This document shows, one piece after another, positions 1 to 8,787 of a stretch of 64,000 nucleotides of DNA. Numbering within the stretch: the stretch's first letter is position 1; every line of letters begins with the position of its first letter. A program made the position numbers and the translations under genes. The stretch is taken from IMG/VR virus record IMGVR_UViG_3300050166_000025, positions 1 to 64,000 of that record. One strand, written 5' to 3'. Source of the DNA: a virus. The notes beneath the pieces are model-generated. The model saw nothing but the letters and a program-made list of their open reading frames with translations, made no database searches and was not told where the DNA came from.

Positions 1-829
1 CTTTCCATAAATCCCAAGTATCTGATACGATTGAAAGAATTCCTGTTGGATATGTTTCCATCAAGTTTCGGAATGTTCCAACCTCATCTTCTTTAGATCC
101 AGCACACATAACTGAGTGTTCAGTTGCATTCACAGAACCTGCTACAAATCCTTCTTCATTATAGAATTTACGTGCTCCAAAGATTGCTGGTAAACTGTCA
201 GAACCAGAGAAACTTGTTAAGTGACCTAATCCCGAACTAATAACAGCATCAACTGAATCCATACCACGCATTGAGAAGTCATGTCCTTGCCAATCAATAA
301 ACCAACCGCGTTCAGCATCGGTTTTTTCTTGCCATTTAGTCAATACTTTTCTGTATGTGTGAGCGATTGTAGCTGACGTCATTGGCTTCCATAACAAATT
401 AGAGATAATTGTCTCTAAGTAATTCGTTATCCAATAGAAATCGGGATGCGTGTTGTAAATTGTTAATACTGGTACCTTGATTGGTACTAATGTTCCCTCT
501 TTAATTGCCTTAACATTGATAGGTAAATAGCCTAGGTCATGTAGAGCTTCAAAATGTGATACATCATAATCAGTACCTAAGTACATCGATAATTCACGTT
601 TCATTTCACCACAAACTTCATCTTTAGATTTACTAAAGAATTCGTTTTGAAATGCTTCGTGAATTTGTTGTACAACCATTTGCTGTCCAAATGAAACTAC
701 TTGTTCACATCCGATAGGAGCATACTTGTTACTACGAGGTGTGAAGTTTGAATATACTAAAGTAGTTCCTTTAGGATATTGTTTGTGATGGCCTGTTTTG
801 TAACCATCTGTTAAAAATAAAGGATTCAT
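1..829 (-). CDS. Nicotinamide phosphoribosyltransferase-like protein (NARP1 Namat-like), runs off the left edge of the window
   Basis: Not in the ORF track. Manual translation from ATG at 829 gives MNPLFLTDGYKTGHHKQYPKGTTLVYSNFTPRS, then HDFSMRG, ATEHSVMC and SIVSDTWD, all NAMPT-family motifs. Confidence 0.9.
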   Translation of the reverse strand, partial: MNPLFLTDGYKTGHHKQYPKGTTLVYSNFTPRSNKYAPIGCEQVVSFGQQMVVQQIHEAFQNEFFSKSKDEVCGEMKRELSMYLGTDYDVSHFEALHDLGYLPINVKAIKEGTLVPIKVPVLTIYNTHPDFYWITNYLETIISNLLWKPMTSATIAHTYRKVLTKWQEKTDAERGWFIDWQGHDFSMRGMDSVDAVISSGLGHLTSFSGSDSLPAIFGARKFYNEEGFVAGSVNATEHSVMCAGSKEDEVGTFRNLMETYPTGILSIVSDTWDLWK

Positions 830-841
830 ATATTTTTATAA

Positions 842-1690
842 TTAAAATACGTTAAACTGTTTCACTTTATCGGGAGCACCTTCAATTTCTTTATAAGAAT
901 TAGTGGTATAAATGCCTTCAAAACACTCTTCTAACTTAGAGTATCCTGCGCTGAAAATACCATGTGTTACGACTAAATAAATTTGAGCACTCGGTCTACC
1001 CCATTTGATTGCATTTGCTAATTCTACAAAAGTTCTGCCGCCATCACAGATATCGTCAATGATAATATATTTAATATCATTGTGCTGGTCTAGGGTTGGA
1101 ATTTCTGTTCGAAGAATATCTCCAGTTTTCATATCACGTACTTTATTAGCGGTGATGATTTTCTCAATGCCAAATTCTTTTGCAACATCAAAGATTTTCT
1201 TATAAGCTCCAGCATCAGGACTTACTAGACAAATTTGACTTTTATCTACGTTAATATCCTTTAGCGCATACTTAACCATGATATGATTAGGAACCTTCAT
1301 ATAATTATTTAAGCATGCTTCTAATACATCTGAATGTGGGTCTAATACTGCAACCTCTGCAAAATTCAATGAGTTAATAATTGGACAAATCACCTGCTTT
1401 AAGTAATTAACTCCTCCTTTTTGAAATTTACGGTCTGAGCGTGAACCTAAAAAATAAGGTGCATACAGAGTAATAGGTCGGTCTGTTAAATTACGAAGCG
1501 CTTGCGTTGCACAAATTAAGAGTTCAACATCTTTAAATGAACTTAAGCGTGTATTGATTTGAATTACATCAGTATATCTTTCAATTACGCTCCAATCGGT
1601 TAAGTCAACCGTTTGTTGTCCATCCGGAAACTGACTGATTTTATATTCAATCTGGGATTTTTCTGCGTTTACTAAGTCTAATTTTATCAT
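842..1690 (-). CDS. Ribose-phosphate pyrophosphokinase-like protein (NARP1 Adps-like)
   Basis: FPDGQ, PYFLGSRSDR, LDPHS, VSPDAGA, IIDDICDGGRT and VTHGIFS PRPP-synthetase motifs; adjacent to the NAMPT-like gene. Confidence 0.9.
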   Translation of the reverse strand: MIKLDLVNAEKSQIEYKISQFPDGQQTVDLTDWSVIERYTDVIQINTRLSSFKDVELLICATQALRNLTDRPITLYAPYFLGSRSDRKFQKGGVNYLKQVICPIINSLNFAEVAVLDPHSDVLEACLNNYMKVPNHIMVKYALKDINVDKSQICLVSPDAGAYKKIFDVAKEFGIEKIITANKVRDMKTGDILRTEIPTLDQHNDIKYIIIDDICDGGRTFVELANAIKWGRPSAQIYLVVTHGIFSAGYSKLEECFEGIYTTNSYKEIEGAPDKVKQFNVF

Positions 1691-1709
1691 CTTTTATTTT
1701 GTTTGATAA

Positions 1710-1719
1710 GCAAATATAA
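1710..1719 (-). promoter_or_regulatory. Early/host-RNAP promoter -7 element (TTATATTTGC)
   Basis: Matches the Bacteroidota TAnnTTTG consensus; a related motif occurs at five gene starts. Confidence 0.65.
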
Positions 1720-1721
1720 CT

Positions 1722-1749
1722 AAAAAACCCGAGAATAAAAAATCTCGGG
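1722..1749 (-). terminator. Intrinsic terminator hairpin
   Basis: CCCGAGA...TCTCGGG inverted repeat followed by a T-run on the minus strand. Confidence 0.5.
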
Positions 1750-1758
1750 CTAATTATT

Positions 1759-2670
1759 TTAAGCTAACTGCGCATATGTCTCAATCAACTCTGTGATTTT
1801 AGTAGTAAGAGCGCGCAGAGAGCTGTAATCTTTTTGCTTAACGTCTAGACCTAAAACTCGGTTTTTAAGAGCTAGCAATTCTTTTAACAATTCACCAACG
1901 GTACCTTTATCTAAAAGTTTTTGAGATTCCTTAGCGATTTGAAAGCTAATAATATCTTCTAATCTTTTACGAATAGAATTCATTCGAGCAACACATTCAT
2001 CATAGGTAGCAATGATAGTTGGGCTCGAAGTCTTTTCAAAGTCTTCCATTCCAGTTACAAATTTATCGTCAATCTTAACATAACGTAAACCGGAATGAGT
2101 CGGTAAATCAATACGGCTCTTATCAATGCCGTAAGATGCGCAAACTTCAAAGAATAATTCAGAATTATTAGGTACAAACTTACATTTTGTTTCAAATACA
2201 TTATTTGCATCTAGAGAATACAATGGAATGATACATTTGTAAGCGCTCACTGGATAGTTAATAAACTCAATTTCTAAGTTATGAATTTCTTCTACATTTT
2301 CATAGATAGGTTTGTAAGTTCTAGCAAATTTGAAAGCAAAAATCTCATCTTCTAAATTAGAGTATGTAAATTCTTCAGAATCTTCATCCCATTCTCTAGT
2401 TAAATTAATTTTAGCTTCAACTTCTTTATATTTCTCTACGGAAATAGTGGTTAAATCTTCAATATTGTCATAACCAATTAATTTACGGCCAGATGTTTTA
2501 TATGTAATAGTTTCTGGTTTCTCAGAAGTTACTACAAGTTCTCCACTTCTAAAGCCTCGTAATGGATCGCTAGTGGATTTACCATTTAATTCCATTGTTG
2601 TATTAAAACCGTTTTTAAATGTATAAAAACCTGTTTGAGAATCATAACCTACCTTAATTGATGTTTCCAT
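1759..2670 (-). CDS. Hypothetical protein
   Basis: Long ORF. Start moved to ATG 2670 (METSIK) because the early promoter motif at 2694-2703 overlaps the ORF-track start. Confidence 0.7.
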   Translation of the reverse strand: METSIKVGYDSQTGFYTFKNGFNTTMELNGKSTSDPLRGFRSGELVVTSEKPETITYKTSGRKLIGYDNIEDLTTISVEKYKEVEAKINLTREWDEDSEEFTYSNLEDEIFAFKFARTYKPIYENVEEIHNLEIEFINYPVSAYKCIIPLYSLDANNVFETKCKFVPNNSELFFEVCASYGIDKSRIDLPTHSGLRYVKIDDKFVTGMEDFEKTSSPTIIATYDECVARMNSIRKRLEDIISFQIAKESQKLLDKGTVGELLKELLALKNRVLGLDVKQKDYSSLRALTTKITELIETYAQLA

Positions 2671-2693
2671 TGCTTTTTGTTTTTGTTTGATAG

Positions 2694-2703
2694 GTAAATA
2701 TAA
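2694..2703 (-). promoter_or_regulatory. Early promoter element TTATATTTAC
   Basis: Recurrent motif upstream of a gene start. Confidence 0.6.
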
Positions 2704-2743
2704 CAATAATTCCCGAATAAAAAAAATATTTTAAAGATTATTT

Positions 2744-3319
2744 TCAATTATTTTTATAGAACCAAACATCTTGTGAATAATCATGTTGAAAAGTGGCCCC
2801 TAGCTCTTTGAAAAATTCATTTACTGCGTCATATACGCCTTGCCAATATTTTCTGCCCTCAACATAGTCGTGACCTGCAATGATACCACCAGCTTTAACC
2901 TTTGGAAACCAGGCTTTAATATCTGCCATCACATCTAAATAATCATGCGAAGCATCTATAAAAACAAAATCTAGACTGTTATCTGCGTATTTGCTAGCAG
3001 CATCAATGGAATTGAGCTGGACTGTATTAATTAAGTGCTTTACGGGTCTGACATTCAGCATAAAATCCTCATATAATGCCCTATTCACTACGATATCATG
3101 TTCTTGGTGCTCAATGGAGCCTTCCCACGTATCGACACAGTCAAATCTTATCCACTTTGCAGAGTTATTGATTTCCACGGCCATAAACGCAGCGCTTCGG
3201 CCTCTCCAGCTACCTACTTCTACAAATCTGGCGCCAGGCTTTGCTGATTCAACAATCTGCTTATAGAATTCAGAGTAATTAAACCAGTCTTCTCCAATAC
3301 TTTGATAAAAATGTTCCAT
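2744..3319 (-). CDS. Class I SAM-dependent methyltransferase (Methyltransf_24-like)
   Basis: VEVGSWRGRS, DFVFIDASH and GGIIAGHDY motifs. Confidence 0.85.
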   Translation of the reverse strand: MEHFYQSIGEDWFNYSEFYKQIVESAKPGARFVEVGSWRGRSAAFMAVEINNSAKWIRFDCVDTWEGSIEHQEHDIVVNRALYEDFMLNVRPVKHLINTVQLNSIDAASKYADNSLDFVFIDASHDYLDVMADIKAWFPKVKAGGIIAGHDYVEGRKYWQGVYDAVNEFFKELGATFQHDYSQDVWFYKNN

Positions 3320-3903
3320 TAAAATTGTTTAATTATATATTGCTGCCAAGGCTTTGTTGGCTTTTCATTCTTAAAATAATATGCCTGGTAAGGCTTATCA
3401 TTCTTGAATATTGTCTTCTTAAAACCGGCCGGAATCAGGGCTCCGTGAGCGCCTCTTTTACTACCAGTGAAATCTAATTCAATTAAGATATTGACTATAC
3501 CTTTACCGGCAAGTTCTTTCTCGTAGGCTTCTAACTCTTTCCAGGCTCCTCTATTCAGGTCTTTATGTTGCAGAGCGCAGTTAACGTACGAGAAGGTGGT
3601 TCTTAATAGAGTTGAGTCGCAGTTAAAATCAGCGGCCGGGGCCATGTGACCCTTATCCCACTCGTTCTGCTCATAGTCCTTTGAGTCTGAGGTGTGAATC
3701 CCGGGAACAGTGTAGAAATCTAAGCCCGTTCTATCATACCATCTTGGTGAAGTGTGAGAACACTTTACCTGATACTCGACCCTTAGTGGTTGCTCATAGT
3801 CCTCTGAATACTGAATTTGATATACGTCATTCTTAACCTGAACAGTTGCAGAGGAGATTAAGAGATAGAACAGTGAGAAAATAGATAAAAGTGGTGCCTT
3901 CAC
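3319..3903 (-). CDS. DNA/RNA non-specific endonuclease (Serratia NucA family) with signal peptide
   Basis: DKGHMAPA (DRGH motif), NCALQHKDLNRGAW, hydrophobic N-terminus; GTG start. Confidence 0.85.
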   Translation of the reverse strand: MKAPLLSIFSLFYLLISSATVQVKNDVYQIQYSEDYEQPLRVEYQVKCSHTSPRWYDRTGLDFYTVPGIHTSDSKDYEQNEWDKGHMAPAADFNCDSTLLRTTFSYVNCALQHKDLNRGAWKELEAYEKELAGKGIVNILIELDFTGSKRGAHGALIPAGFKKTIFKNDKPYQAYYFKNEKPTKPWQQYIIKQF

Positions 3904-3913
3904 TCTCTATTTA

Positions 3914-4654
3914 TTAAAGTTTCTCTCCGCAGTTTGGACAGAATTTCCAGCTTTGCTTCTTCATTCTTGTACCACAGGAAGAGCAGTAATTTCTAATCTC
4001 TTTTACCTCGATCGGGCGATGAGAGTCAGGTAAGATTTTCCATTCTGCGGTTTCACATGCAACCCATTCAAAATCTTGATTGGTTGTACTAAAATTTTGA
4101 GATGATTTAGCGCCCTTTTCAACTCTACCCGTTTCTATCTCATTACTAACCTGAGCGCTATACATTGCTGTAACGCCACCAGTAAACGTAGAAGTGGTGT
4201 AAGTATTACTAGCATAATTGGTATAGTTGGTGCCGGTTGTGAATATGCCCGTTGAAGGATTAATCCAAGAGTTAACGGAGATATTAGGTATGGTTCTCTT
4301 TTCTGGATAGAACATAACCTTTACAGAACCGTTGTTCTTGATTGATTCTAAAACCTGAGGCGTAGTACCTGCATCAACGGTGTAAGTATTAAACTTAAAC
4401 TTTGCGTTCTGGTCTATGTAACGATCTAAAAAGTATCGTTGTCCAGGTCTAAGGACCAGGCCCGATGTTGAAATTAACTGGTCATTAATCCAGATTTTAG
4501 CAAGTACCGAGACTTGATAAGGATTAAACAGTTCTATTTGAAATTCGTCACCATCTTTAAGATAGATGACATCGCCGTAAGATTTAAGACGATTGTTGTT
4601 GAGCGCAATATGCGCGGTTGGTTGGTTATTCATAGTGCTTATTTGTGTTTTCAA
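3914..4654 (-). CDS. Hypothetical protein with C-terminal zinc ribbon
   Basis: CSSCG...FCPNCG at the C-terminus; true start may be ATG 4633. Confidence 0.75.
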   Translation of the reverse strand: MKTQISTMNNQPTAHIALNNNRLKSYGDVIYLKDGDEFQIELFNPYQVSVLAKIWINDQLISTSGLVLRPGQRYFLDRYIDQNAKFKFNTYTVDAGTTPQVLESIKNNGSVKVMFYPEKRTIPNISVNSWINPSTGIFTTGTNYTNYASNTYTTSTFTGGVTAMYSAQVSNEIETGRVEKGAKSSQNFSTTNQDFEWVACETAEWKILPDSHRPIEVKEIRNYCSSCGTRMKKQSWKFCPNCGEKL

Positions 4655-4755
4655 AACCCTTTCACTGCCGTAGACAGTTCCAAAGTCATTATTGACTCAG
4701 GGCCTTTTAAAGTGTGGCACCACTTTTATTGTATTTCTCTATGAAGAGAAAAATG

Positions 4756-5048
4756 AGGAGAGTGAGGGATTCGAACCCCCGGTCCTGTTACAGACTTCGG
4801 TTTTCCTTACTACTATAGCTTTCGCTACCATTTAAAATGTTTGATAGTCTGGACTTTATCTCAACCATATCATTTCTGACTTAGGCCATCCCCGTCAAGT
4901 CTCTACACCTTCCTATCACTAGGCTTGGCTCGGGGTTGCCATTTTACAGGTTTCTCCGAATTTGAGGATGTTTGCAACATATCTTTTCAAATATGCAGCT
5001 CGATTTTAGAATTAAGACCGACGCGTTCGACCGCTCTGCCAACTCTCC
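4756..5048 (-). tRNA. trnS: tRNA-Ser(UGA), interrupted by a group I intron (exons 5048-5014 and 4805-4756)
   Basis: Spliced sequence GGAGAGTTGGCAGAGCGGTCGAACGCGTCGGTCTT|GAAAACCGAAGTCTGTAACAGGACCGGGGGTTCGAATCCCTCACTCTCCT has acceptor GGAGAGT/ACTCTCC, anticodon stem TCGGT/ACCGA, loop CTTGAAA, long variable arm and TTCGAAT T-loop. CCA is not encoded. Confidence 0.92.
4806..5013 (-). mobile_element. Group I self-splicing intron (IC3/trnL-like), 208 nt, no ORF
   Basis: 5' exon ends in U and the intron ends in G. Core elements AAATTCGGAGAAACC (P), AACCCCGAGCCAA (Q), GGTGTAGAGACTTGACGG (R), GAGATAAAGTCC (S); P1 has U.G at the splice site; P9 TAGC-GAAA-GCTA. Confidence 0.9.
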
Positions 5049-5071
5049 TAATATGTTAAAGAACTATAATC

Positions 5072-5079
5072 TATATATC
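5072..5079 (-). promoter_or_regulatory. Late promoter GATATATA
   Basis: Recurrent motif, upstream of the tRNA. Confidence 0.6.
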
Positions 5080-5094
5080 TGATAAATTACTTTA

Positions 5095-5123
5095 GTTATA
5101 CTGGAATAGACATTTTTGTTTCA
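5095..5123 (-). promoter_or_regulatory. Putative middle promoter TGAAAC-N17-TATAAC
   Basis: One of six instances with exact 17-nt spacing. Confidence 0.6.
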
Positions 5124-5126
5124 AAA

Positions 5127-5729
5127 TTATTTTACCTTTGTGTACCAACTCGTTAAAAAGTGCTCATATTTTAGATGTGGCAGGTCAATCTTGTGTATTT
5201 TACGGCTCTCAATGGTTTCACAATCACCGAAAACTTCTTCAACGGCATGTCTAACTCCAGGATGACCCCAATCATGACCCGACGCGATTGAACCGGTTTT
5301 AAGTTTTGGTAACCATTGACTTAATTCATCCACTACATGCTGATACTCGTGGTGCGTATCGAAGAAAATAAAGTCTACTTGATTATTCTGAAACCCACTA
5401 GCGGCGTGAATTGAATCAGATCTTACTATATTAACGAAGGGCAATGACAATCTCTCTGCGCCTACAAAGTGCTTAAACTGCTCAAGGGTATCAGTATTCT
5501 CTATCTCTTCGTGCTTTTCAAAATCAAAGTCCCAGGCCCACTTATCTATAACATGTAGCTGAATCTGCTTTCCGCTTTCTTGAATCCTATCTATTAGATA
5601 TGAAGTAGAGCGACCTTTAAATGCTCCTAGCTCTACGAAAATGGCTCCTTTTTGGGCATGATCCACTGCCATATCGTAGATGTCTGTGATTTCGTTATCA
5701 CACCATCCTGGGATTTGATTCCACTCCAT
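5127..5729 (-). CDS. Class I SAM-dependent methyltransferase (Methyltransf_24-like)
   Basis: VELGAFKGRS, DFIFFDTHH, SGHDW; paralog of 2744-3319. Confidence 0.85.
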   Translation of the reverse strand: MEWNQIPGWCDNEITDIYDMAVDHAQKGAIFVELGAFKGRSTSYLIDRIQESGKQIQLHVIDKWAWDFDFEKHEEIENTDTLEQFKHFVGAERLSLPFVNIVRSDSIHAASGFQNNQVDFIFFDTHHEYQHVVDELSQWLPKLKTGSIASGHDWGHPGVRHAVEEVFGDCETIESRKIHKIDLPHLKYEHFLTSWYTKVK

Positions 5730-6445
5730 TATACTTGAATATTAAAATTTATTACACAACGGTGCTCAGCTCCGTAAAAAGGCTCCACTGAATGAACAAT
5801 ATCGTAGGGCCAAATAATTAACATGCCTTTCTTTGGTCTAATAAAGTACTTCATACCTCTGATATGAAATGCAAAAACTCCAGCATAAGGATGGTCCGCG
5901 ATTGGTAAACCGTCGGATAGGTAATAACCGCCAGAGAACATTAAAGGCCCAGCCTCACCAGCACTCCATCTACAATGATTATGTGCGTTGTGACCCCGGC
6001 CACTAAATGGGTCGTAATACTGCATCCAGCTCTCTGTAATAACAGGTTCTCTCTTTGCCGCCACTTCCTGTCCTATGCCTACTAATAAATCCTTAAAGCC
6101 ATGAATGACCCTTCTTCTAATCTCTTTCACGTCAAACTCATCGCGGTTTAAGAAGTCATTCGGCGGTGTCCAGAAACGGCTTCCGATAGGCTGAAATTCA
6201 TTCTCCTCAACCCACTCATCCCGTCTATGATAATTTATATCGTAATTAGATTGTCTCTCTGTATCATACTGCTTTGGTAATTCCTGGCCCATTCTTTTCT
6301 GGGTCTCAGACAGGGTTTCAAAGCCAAGCTGATAGACCCGGTCATTTAGTGGGTCGTGCTCAAATATTTTTTGATACACTGGAATTGGTGCCAGGTAGAA
6401 TACACCTGGGGCATCGGTCTGGATTAATGGTTTTTCAAAATACAT
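5729..6445 (-). CDS. 2OG-Fe(II) oxygenase superfamily protein (TIGR02466-like)
   Basis: ESW...HNAHNH, GYYL, IWPYDIVHSV and RCVINFN motifs. Confidence 0.75.
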   Translation of the reverse strand: MYFEKPLIQTDAPGVFYLAPIPVYQKIFEHDPLNDRVYQLGFETLSETQKRMGQELPKQYDTERQSNYDINYHRRDEWVEENEFQPIGSRFWTPPNDFLNRDEFDVKEIRRRVIHGFKDLLVGIGQEVAAKREPVITESWMQYYDPFSGRGHNAHNHCRWSAGEAGPLMFSGGYYLSDGLPIADHPYAGVFAFHIRGMKYFIRPKKGMLIIWPYDIVHSVEPFYGAEHRCVINFNIQV

Positions 6446-7035
6446 TATAGTGCAATGTTTAATTTTTTCAGGGCAAAAGCCAATGCAATCCCCTCTGCGT
6501 TATCATAACATTCATAATTTGTTTGTCTGTGCCACATGGCTCTGAAAATAGGCTGTATATTTTCAAGGGCTCTGCTTAATTCTTCGGTCGGCACATCTTT
6601 TCTAAAACAGAACTCTGTCTCTCCGATCGCTTCTAATCTCTTATAATCTATCCCGTTCGCTTTACAATAATATATAAAGGGTTCAAAGTAATCTAGGTGC
6701 TCGTAGTCCTGTAAATAGTCTCCGTATGGCCAGTAACCCTTAAACCAGAACTGCTTACTCATATCAGCTTCCAAATTAGACAAGTCAATGTCTTCTAAGT
6801 ATCTAACATCTATATAATAAACGTCATCTTCAAACTTATCTATCATTCTTAGGCTGAAATACATCTTCTCAAAGTAAGAGAACTTTGGCTCAGTGTACTC
6901 TTCAACCCATTCAAAATCATAGTCTGGCTTGTCTGTTAGCAGGGCCACTCGGTGAGATGAAGCTTTTAAGCGTTCTACTTGCGAATCCAACATCTCTCTA
7001 TACTTTTCTCCGATCGCAATCAGTGCTATAATCAT
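6445..7035 (-). CDS. Putative GT-A glycosyltransferase-like protein
   Basis: IAIGEKY N-terminus, LLTD, YYIDV (degenerate DxD) and gene context. Confidence 0.45.
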   Translation of the reverse strand: MIIALIAIGEKYREMLDSQVERLKASSHRVALLTDKPDYDFEWVEEYTEPKFSYFEKMYFSLRMIDKFEDDVYYIDVRYLEDIDLSNLEADMSKQFWFKGYWPYGDYLQDYEHLDYFEPFIYYCKANGIDYKRLEAIGETEFCFRKDVPTEELSRALENIQPIFRAMWHRQTNYECYDNAEGIALAFALKKLNIAL

Positions 7036-7811
7036 ATATGTTTTAAGTAAATGTCCTTGTGTATCAACTCGTCTACTCTACTATTCAATACAGTACTTAC
7101 ATTTTGACAAGAAGGCATGTCAAAATGTGCATACTCGTTCTCTCTGCCTCTAATTACAATCGGTTCATACTGCTCGATATAATCTTCAAGACTGGATTGT
7201 GCAAAGCAGTACATTGCAAACTCTTCAATGCAATTTACTAGTCTATTTGCCTTATATATGTCAAATAGTTTTGTGGCAGCTTTGGCCCCTCTTGAGTAGA
7301 AGAAGCAGAAACATGGTAAAACGTGATTCTCATCGAGCTCCCAGCTATATCTTAATAGATTTGCTTGTTGTGATTCGATCCATGCGTGAATATTAGGGTC
7401 CAACTCTAGCCCAGTCTTGGCCACATGCTCCTGAAACTTTTGCTGATACTGAAAAGGGTAGGCGTATACGGGGCATTGAACTGGGCCTCTGGTTCTAATT
7501 AAGTCCCAGAACCTGGTATCGATGGGTCTTACAACTTTCACATCCCAGTCCAGGAATAAGTATTCATCCCACATCATCTCTGCCAAGGACAGGGCTAACA
7601 ATTTATGGGCGTACTGGTCATTGGGGGTGCTGAATTCAGGATGCGTTAGCTGTATGTCATTCATCACGATGGTTCTATACCCCATTGCTGCTAGTTTATC
7701 AGCGCTGGTCTTGCCCCAGACAAACACAAATTCATCGCCAAAGACTGGTCTCTCTGGAATTTCAGACCAGAAACGGCCTGGGTCTCCCCATAAAACTCTA
7801 ACTATTTTCAT
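7032..7811 (-). CDS. Putative nucleotide-diphospho-sugar transferase
   Basis: AHKL...EYLFLDWD DxD motif; EE motif near the C-terminus. Confidence 0.55.
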   Translation of the reverse strand: MKIVRVLWGDPGRFWSEIPERPVFGDEFVFVWGKTSADKLAAMGYRTIVMNDIQLTHPEFSTPNDQYAHKLLALSLAEMMWDEYLFLDWDVKVVRPIDTRFWDLIRTRGPVQCPVYAYPFQYQQKFQEHVAKTGLELDPNIHAWIESQQANLLRYSWELDENHVLPCFCFFYSRGAKAATKLFDIYKANRLVNCIEEFAMYCFAQSSLEDYIEQYEPIVIRGRENEYAHFDMPSCQNVSTVLNSRVDELIHKDIYLKHI

Positions 7812-8779
7812 AACTCTTTGGGTTTATACACACATAATCTGGGTTGTTCCAAAATCCATCTAGATTCGGGGAAAACATGCCATATCTCTTCGGCGAAACG
7901 CTGACAGTCGCGTTTCATAAACTCAGGGTCCTGGCCATATACAACCTTTGCTAACCAAACATGCTCCCATTCAAACTCATCCTTACACTTATCATGTTGA
8001 ATAGGATAGTACCAGGCCTCGGATAAGCCCTGGTCTCTTGTCTTAGGGCTGCCATAATCCGAGTCGCTTAGGAACACTTTATCTGTTAAAGTATCTATCC
8101 TATATTTCTTGTCTCTAAAACACTGACCTAGGGCGCCCTGGTCAGTGAGCAACCAGAACCATTCGGGAACAGTGTTCTCGGTGCTCACCATCGCACGATG
8201 AATCTCAGTGTAGTCTTTAATTATATCTAGGTTATTGACTCTTAGGAATGAAGTATTCGGTATCCAGGCATTCACGTTGTAGTTCTCCGGTAATTGATAG
8301 TGAGAGACCTCGGCCTCGAACTGTTCTCTTGTGAAATAATAATAGCCTCTGGGTATTTCCCAGTGACCAACTACAATGTCCGGTTTCGTCGTGAATTCGG
8401 GTAGAGTGTCTCTAACTATGAAGTCTTGATCCAGAAAAGTAAAGGGCTCTTCTTCAAATTGTAGACTGTGAATTTTACCAGAGGTCCAGAAATGTGCAGG
8501 GTCTACTTCAGTGTATGAATCTAATACTAGAGTGTTTATCTCATCGTATAGTCGGTCAATGCCAAGAGACGTATAGAATTGAAGTCCAACTTTATCGGTG
8601 TAAAGTTTGATAGGGCCGTTGTGCTTTTGCCATCTTAAGATAGAAAGAATCGTGTATAGAACCTGATAGTCTGGTTGGTTATACATATAATCCAGCTCTC
8701 GCTGAATCTTGAATCCATGACCTCTGAGCCGATGTCTCTCGTAAAAGGGTTTTGTCCAATTTACATGAACTGCTTTCAT
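7808..8779 (-). CDS. Putative glycosyltransferase (DUF6734-like)
   Basis: KLYTD, FWTSGK, FTFLDQD DxD motif, PNTSF and DQG. Confidence 0.55.
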   Translation of the reverse strand: MKAVHVNWTKPFYERHRLRGHGFKIQRELDYMYNQPDYQVLYTILSILRWQKHNGPIKLYTDKVGLQFYTSLGIDRLYDEINTLVLDSYTEVDPAHFWTSGKIHSLQFEEEPFTFLDQDFIVRDTLPEFTTKPDIVVGHWEIPRGYYYFTREQFEAEVSHYQLPENYNVNAWIPNTSFLRVNNLDIIKDYTEIHRAMVSTENTVPEWFWLLTDQGALGQCFRDKKYRIDTLTDKVFLSDSDYGSPKTRDQGLSEAWYYPIQHDKCKDEFEWEHVWLAKVVYGQDPEFMKRDCQRFAEEIWHVFPESRWILEQPRLCVYKPKEL

Positions 8780-8787
8780 ATTGATGA

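Noticed and set aside
4700-4755. tRNA-associated HDV-like (theta) ribozyme at the tRNA 3' end
   Set aside because: I could not build the nested double pseudoknot; only a simple TTTCTCT/AGAGAAA hairpin is visible.
4820-4829. GGTAGCGAAA (minus strand) as a second 23S-like site
   Set aside because: Explained by the intron P9 stem with a GAAA tetraloop.
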